Shown here: positions 59,445 to 64,000 of the stretch, piece by piece | Layout of the letters: the number at the start of each line of letters is the position of its first letter | How positions within the stretch are numbered: the first letter of the stretch is position 1 | Source of the DNA: Desulfuromonadales bacterium | Lineage (GTDB): Bacteria > Desulfobacterota > Desulfuromonadia > Desulfuromonadales > SZUA-540 | DNA length: 64,000 bases | Direction of reading: 5' to 3' | NCBI GenBank assembly: GCA_033549025.1 | Contig: JAWSUS010000016.1 | Span: 1 to 64,000 of the forward strand | The notes under the pieces: generated by a model | Told to the model about the DNA's origin: nothing | Databases searched by the model: none | The model's input: the letters and a program-made list of their open reading frames with translations, nothing else | Made by a program: the position numbers and the translations under genes

Positions 59445-59499
59445 ACCAACACTCCTTTCCTGCCTGAAACGGTTTCTGCGGTCTGAGCTCTCGGCTGCC

Positions 59500-59688
59500 T
59501 TATTTGCGATCGGCGAGCAAAACGCCGCCAACGGCGACCTGCTCGGGGGCATTTTCCCGGATCAGCACAATGATCTTCTCTTTGGGCAGCCCATAAGCTT
59601 TGGCTGCCGATTCGGTCAGTTCTTCGACGAAGGAACGCCGGACCTCCGGCTTGGCGATAGGCGGTCCTTCCAGAGTGATGATAGGCAT
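59500..59688 (-). CDS. 4-oxalocrotonate tautomerase family protein
   Basis: N-terminal catalytic Pro (MPIITLEG), 62 aa, VAVGG tail. Confidence 0.88.
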   Translation of the reverse strand: MPIITLEGPPIAKPEVRRSFVEELTESAAKAYGLPKEKIIVLIRENAPEQVAVGGVLLADRK

Positions 59689-59713
59689 ATTGTCCTCCTT
59701 GGCTGGGGCAATC

Positions 59714-59923
59714 CTAGACGATGACGACTTGCAGGCCTTCATAGGTGACGACCTGCCCCTTACGTATTTTACACCGTTTTCGCAGCTCCACCTGACCGTC
59801 GACCTGAACCAGCCCTTCGGCGATGGCTATTTTGGCCGCCCCGCCACTGTGGCACAGGCCCATGACCTTGAGCAGATCGCTGAGCTCCACAAATTCATGC
59901 CCCTGCAGGGCAAACTCTTCCAT
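59714..59923 (-). CDS. S4-domain RNA-binding protein (YbcJ/YaaA-like)
   Basis: L.DLLK..GL..SGG.AK..I..G.V.VDG.VE.RKR.K. Confidence 0.88.
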   Translation of the reverse strand: MEEFALQGHEFVELSDLLKVMGLCHSGGAAKIAIAEGLVQVDGQVELRKRCKIRKGQVVTYEGLQVVIV

Positions 59924-59940
59924 AGGTTTCCTTTCCACGT

Positions 59941-60753
59941 TCAAGGGCCTTTCAGTCCGGCCGCGTCAAGGGCTTTGACTGCCGTTTTATAGCCATGGTC
60001 AATCAGGTCCGCGATGCGGCTGGTGTCCGTACGGCTGAAGGTGCCCAGCTCCGGCGTAATAAGCAGGTCGACCTTTTTAGCCTGGACGCGGCTGGCATGG
60101 TCGATGGAGATATCCACAACATTGACCATCAGATCGATAATGTCATTGGGGCGCTGGTAGCGGCGGCGGGCGTTGAGGTCGACGCCGATGATATACTCGG
60201 CATCGGCGTTTTCGAGCGGTGAGACCGGCAGGTTCTCTACCAGGCCGCCGTCGCAAAGAAGCCTGTCGTCGATCTCCACGGGGATGAAGACCCCGGGGAG
60301 ACAGGCACTAGCCATGACGGCCGTGGCAACATCACCCTGTTCCAGCACGACCTTCTCGCCGCTGGAAAGATCGGTGGCGATCATGGAGAGCGGAATGGGG
60401 GCGTCCTCGATGCGCACCTCGCCTAAAAAGTCGGTGATATGCTTGCCCATTTCGCTGTTGGAGAGCAGGCCATAGCGCGACAGGGTGAAGCGGCTGATGT
60501 CGAGCCAGTCGAGATCGATGACGATATCGGCGATCTCGTCCGGAGTCTTGCCGAAAGCATACAGGGCCGCCACAAAAGCCCCGATGCTGGTGCCGGCCAG
60601 CCGCGAGATAGCGATCTGCCGTTCTTCCAGCGCCTTGAGTACGCCGATATGGGCGGCCCCGAGCACCGCCCCGCCGCTTAAGGCCAGAGCCACTGAATTC
60701 GGGCCGCGCCGGCGGGTAAAACGGCGGCCAAGATGGCGCAACGCAGAGATCAT
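59941..60753 (-). CDS. Patatin-like phospholipase
   Basis: SGGAVLG, GTSIG and DGG. Confidence 0.9.
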   Translation of the reverse strand: MISALRHLGRRFTRRRGPNSVALALSGGAVLGAAHIGVLKALEERQIAISRLAGTSIGAFVAALYAFGKTPDEIADIVIDLDWLDISRFTLSRYGLLSNSEMGKHITDFLGEVRIEDAPIPLSMIATDLSSGEKVVLEQGDVATAVMASACLPGVFIPVEIDDRLLCDGGLVENLPVSPLENADAEYIIGVDLNARRRYQRPNDIIDLMVNVVDISIDHASRVQAKKVDLLITPELGTFSRTDTSRIADLIDHGYKTAVKALDAAGLKGP

Positions 60754-60783
60754 GAAACAATACTCACAGAAAAAAGAATCGTC

Positions 60784-61311
60784 TTAAATTTTCAGGTATT
60801 TTTCGACGAAGCTCTCCACGCTGTCAATCTGGCCCTGCAAGGCGTAGATGCGCGTCTCCATCTCGATGATTTCGCTTTCAATCCGCTCGATACGCTGCTT
60901 CAGCAGACTGCGCTGCAGGGCGTTTTCTTCACGGGACACCCGGATATCGTTGTTCTTATTGCCCATACCGGTCTGGGATTCGGCCTCCAGCAGCTCATCC
61001 TTCTGCTCCAGCTGCAGCAGAACGTCCTCAAGCCTCTGTTTCTGAGACTTGATACCCTGTAGATCCCTTTCCAGTACTTCAATGCGGCGCGAACGAAAGT
61101 TCAGGTAATTGATGGCCACATTCAACTTCTGCAGCGTCAGTTGTTCGCCGAGGGATTCCTGCTGCGCCTGCAGGCTGTCTCCCAGTTGACGGACCGCCTC
61201 CGCAAGCTGACGGATCTCATGGGCCAATTCCTCATCCGTAGCGGCCTGCACCACGGCGGGCACCTGCACACACCACAACAGCGCCACGACAAATAACGTC
61301 AGCCGTCCCAT
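60784..61311 (-). CDS. Secreted coiled-coil hypothetical protein
   Basis: Signal peptide (VQA-A), Gln/Glu/Leu heptads and a strong RBS. Confidence 0.7.
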   Translation of the reverse strand: MGRLTLFVVALLWCVQVPAVVQAATDEELAHEIRQLAEAVRQLGDSLQAQQESLGEQLTLQKLNVAINYLNFRSRRIEVLERDLQGIKSQKQRLEDVLLQLEQKDELLEAESQTGMGNKNNDIRVSREENALQRSLLKQRIERIESEIIEMETRIYALQGQIDSVESFVEKYLKI

Positions 61312-61368
61312 ACTCTCTCCCTTATCGAACGGCCACCCCGGCCCAACAGGTTACGGGGCGGCCTTCGC

Positions 61369-63273
61369 TTACTCGCCTGCGCTGACCCCTTCGGCCATGA
61401 GCTTCGACAGCGCCCGCGCAAAAGCAACGGGATCGCGAGGCTTGTCCCCTTCGAGCAGCAGAGCCTGGTCGTAGAGCAGCCCTACGTACTCCTTGAGCTG
61501 GGCGCTACTGCGGTCGGCGGCAAAGAGCTGTTTCATGCGGGCAATCAGCTCGTGGTCGGGATTGACCTCCAGCACCCGCTGGCCTTTGGGGACTTCCTGC
61601 CCCATGGCCTCAAACATCTTGACCATCTTCGGATCGAGATCGTGCTCACCGGCCACCAGACAAACGGCCGAATCCTTGAGGCGGCCGGAGATACGCACCT
61701 CCGAGACCAGGTCCTTGAGCTCTTCCTTCATGAGTTCAAGCAGGTCACCGTACTCTTTTTTCTTCTCTTCCTTCTGGCTGTCCCCCAGATCGAGATCTCC
61801 CTTGATGGCCGACTGGAATTCTTTTTCCTTATAGGCGCCGAGACCGGAGATGATGATGTCATCGAAGTCGTCGGTCATGATGAGCACCTCGATCCCCTTC
61901 TCCTTGAAGACTTCCAGATAGGGCGAGGCTTCGGCGCTGGCGCGGTCGGCACCGGTAATGTAGTAGATCTCTTTCTGGTCGGCGGGCATACGCTCGACGT
62001 ATTCGGCCAGGGTGATCTTCCGACCGGCTTCGGTCTTGGTCGATTCGAAGAGCAGCAGATCGGCGATGGTCTCGCGGCGCTCGAAATCGTGATGGATGCC
62101 TTCCTTGAGGATGCGGCCGAACTGCTCGTAGAACTGCTCGTAGGCCTTGATATCCTCTTTTTTCATCTCCGCCAGGGTGTCGAGCACCTTCTTGGTCAAG
62201 CTCTTTTTGATGACGGTGACGATCCGGTTGTCCTGCAGAATCTCACGGCTGACATTGAGGGGCAGGTCGGAGGATTCCACCACCCCCTTGACGAAGCGCA
62301 GGTAGGTGGGGAGCATCGCCTCGCAGTGATCCATGATCTGTACCCGGCGCACATAGAGGGTAGGGCCGATCTTGTAATCCTGGTAGAAGATGTCGAAGGG
62401 GCGTTTGCTCGGCAGATAAAGCAGGGCCGAAAACTCCGTGGTCCCCTCGGCACGGTAATGAATCACCCGGGCCGGATCGGTAAAGTCGTGGGAGATGTGC
62501 TTGTAGAACTCGTTGTACTCCTCGGTGCTGATATCGGCCTTGTCCTTGAGCCAGATCGCCTTGCGCGAGTTGAGGGTTTCCTCTTTCGTCTCGCTGACGG
62601 TCTTCTCCTTGTCGTCGGGATCGGGCTGGGAACGAGTCACGTCCATGACCACCGGATACTCGATGAAGTCCGAGTACTGCTTGACGATCTTGCGCAGCTC
62701 CCACTCTTCCAGATACTCCCGGGCGTCTTCCTTCAGACTGAGGACAACATCCGTCCCCTTGCCCGCCTTCTCCGCATCATCGAGGGTGTAGGTGCCGTCG
62801 GCATTGGACTCCCACTTGACGGCGTGGGCGGGGTCGGTGCCGGCCTTGCGGGTCATCACGGTGACCTTGTCGGCCACCATGAAGGCCGAATAGAAGCCGA
62901 CGCCGAACTGGCCGATGAGCTCGGGATTATCCTTGACCTCGCGACTTTCCAGCAGCTTCATGAACTCCTTGGTGCCCGAGTGAGCGATGGTACCCAGGGC
63001 GTCCACCGCCTCGTCGCGGGTCATACCGATGCCGTTATCGCGCACGGTGAGGGTGCCGGCCTCTTTGTCGGGAATGAGCTGAATCTTCCAGTCCTCCCCC
63101 CCTTCGGCCAGGGAGACGTCGGTGAGAGCTTCGTAGCGGGCCTTGTCGATGGCGTCCGAAGCGTTGGAAATGAGTTCGCGCAGGAAAATTTCCCGGTGGG
63201 AATAGAGAGAGTGGATCATCAGGTCGAGGATCTTGTTCACCTCGGCCTTGAATTCATGCTTGTTGGACGTCAT
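61369..63273 (-). CDS. htpG: Chaperone HtpG (Hsp90)
   Basis: FLRELISNASDA, DNGIGM, IGQFGVGFYSAF and LPLNVSRE. Confidence 0.96.
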   Translation of the reverse strand: MTSNKHEFKAEVNKILDLMIHSLYSHREIFLRELISNASDAIDKARYEALTDVSLAEGGEDWKIQLIPDKEAGTLTVRDNGIGMTRDEAVDALGTIAHSGTKEFMKLLESREVKDNPELIGQFGVGFYSAFMVADKVTVMTRKAGTDPAHAVKWESNADGTYTLDDAEKAGKGTDVVLSLKEDAREYLEEWELRKIVKQYSDFIEYPVVMDVTRSQPDPDDKEKTVSETKEETLNSRKAIWLKDKADISTEEYNEFYKHISHDFTDPARVIHYRAEGTTEFSALLYLPSKRPFDIFYQDYKIGPTLYVRRVQIMDHCEAMLPTYLRFVKGVVESSDLPLNVSREILQDNRIVTVIKKSLTKKVLDTLAEMKKEDIKAYEQFYEQFGRILKEGIHHDFERRETIADLLLFESTKTEAGRKITLAEYVERMPADQKEIYYITGADRASAEASPYLEVFKEKGIEVLIMTDDFDDIIISGLGAYKEKEFQSAIKGDLDLGDSQKEEKKKEYGDLLELMKEELKDLVSEVRISGRLKDSAVCLVAGEHDLDPKMVKMFEAMGQEVPKGQRVLEVNPDHELIARMKQLFAADRSSAQLKEYVGLLYDQALLLEGDKPRDPVAFARALSKLMAEGVSAGE

Positions 63274-63319
63274 GGTTCGCGTACCTCCTGATTTATTTGG
63301 CATTCCGTTTAACGCACAG

Positions 63320-63348
63320 AAGATAAGCACCCGGGGGCCGGATGTCAA
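63320..63348 (-). promoter_or_regulatory. Sigma70-like promoter of htpG
   Basis: Minus strand TTGACA-N17-TATCTT. Confidence 0.5.
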
Positions 63349-63381
63349 CCCGGCCGGCTTATTTCAGCCGAATTGGCGGAC

Positions 63382-64000
63382 TCAATCGGCAGCGGCGCTG
63401 GTGCCGGCCAGAAAGCCCGTCGACCAGCACTCCTGCAGGTTGTAGCCGCCCGTCGGGGCGTGCAGGTCGATCACTTCACCGGCGAAGAAGAGGTTGGGCA
63501 CCTTTTTCGAGCGCATGGTGCGCATGTCGATGTCGCCGAGCGACACCCCCCCGGCCGTGATAATGGCTTTGGCAAAGCCTTCGCAGCCGCTGACGTGCAG
63601 CGTCAAAGCCTTGAAGAGCCCCAGCAGGGTCTGACGCTCCTGTCGGGTTACGCTGTGGCATTTTTTTTGGGGATCGATGCCGCTGAGGCGCAGAAAGAGC
63701 GGGATCATGTCCCTGGGCAAAAGCGCGGCGAGACTGTTGCCGAAATCCCGGTTGCTGTGCTCGGCCAGTTCGCGCTGCAGGCGGCCATCGAAGGTTTGCG
63801 CGTCGACGGCGGGTTTCAGGTCGAGGTTCAGAGTCACCTCCCCCTTTTTCAGGGCATCCCGGATGGCGCTGCTCATATCGAGGACGATGGGGCCGCCGAT
63901 GCCACCAGGGGTAAAAAATGCCTCGCCGAAACGCTCATCGAAGGGCTTGCCGTCCAGGCAGGCGGTAATCCTGACATTCTTAAGGTTAAAATCCATCACC
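63382..64000 (-). CDS. HI0933/BaiN-family flavoprotein (3' part; runs off the window)
   Basis: GEAFFT..GIGGP, A.ITAGGV and FFAGEVID...TGGYNLQ...STG. Confidence 0.9.
   Translation of the reverse strand, partial: VMDFNLKNVRITACLDGKPFDERFGEAFFTPGGIGGPIVLDMSSAIRDALKKGEVTLNLDLKPAVDAQTFDGRLQRELAEHSNRDFGNSLAALLPRDMIPLFLRLSGIDPQKKCHSVTRQERQTLLGLFKALTLHVSGCEGFAKAIITAGGVSLGDIDMRTMRSKKVPNLFFAGEVIDLHAPTGGYNLQECWSTGFLAGTSAAAD

Overview
GC-rich (roughly 60% by eye) bacterial chromosome segment. Gene content points to Desulfuromonadales/Geobacterales: NrfHA of the Geobacter type, an MglA-like GTPase, an EF-G paralog, GAF-EI(Ntr) and a CXXCH-bearing DsbC. It is mostly housekeeping genes (xerC, pncB, nadC-birA-coaX, rne, hflX, fabI, rlmKL, tex, htpG). 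It begins in the right end of an IS481-like element inserted into a YdjC-like gene. I saw no tRNA, rRNA or CRISPR array. The best candidate for an undescribed system is at 53.4-56.1 kb. A sigma54 enhancer-binding protein (EBP) has a degenerate [FeFe]-hydrogenase-like Fe-S sensor domain. Four copies of a TGTGCC-N6-GGCACA palindrome flank it: one over its own sigma70 promoter and three upstream of a consensus sigma54 promoter. That promoter appears to drive an ~100-nt terminated transcript with no real ORF, a candidate sRNA with C/A-rich and anti-Shine-Dalgarno loops. Other notable signals are a PAS-EBP with paired enhancer palindromes before nrfHA, a sigma54-driven orphan TraF-like barrel with a foreign-codon internal segment, structured leaders of the fusA paralog and rne, a DnaA-box triplet and a hairpin repeat element. 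All calls come from reading the sequence and recalling motifs; no database searches were run.
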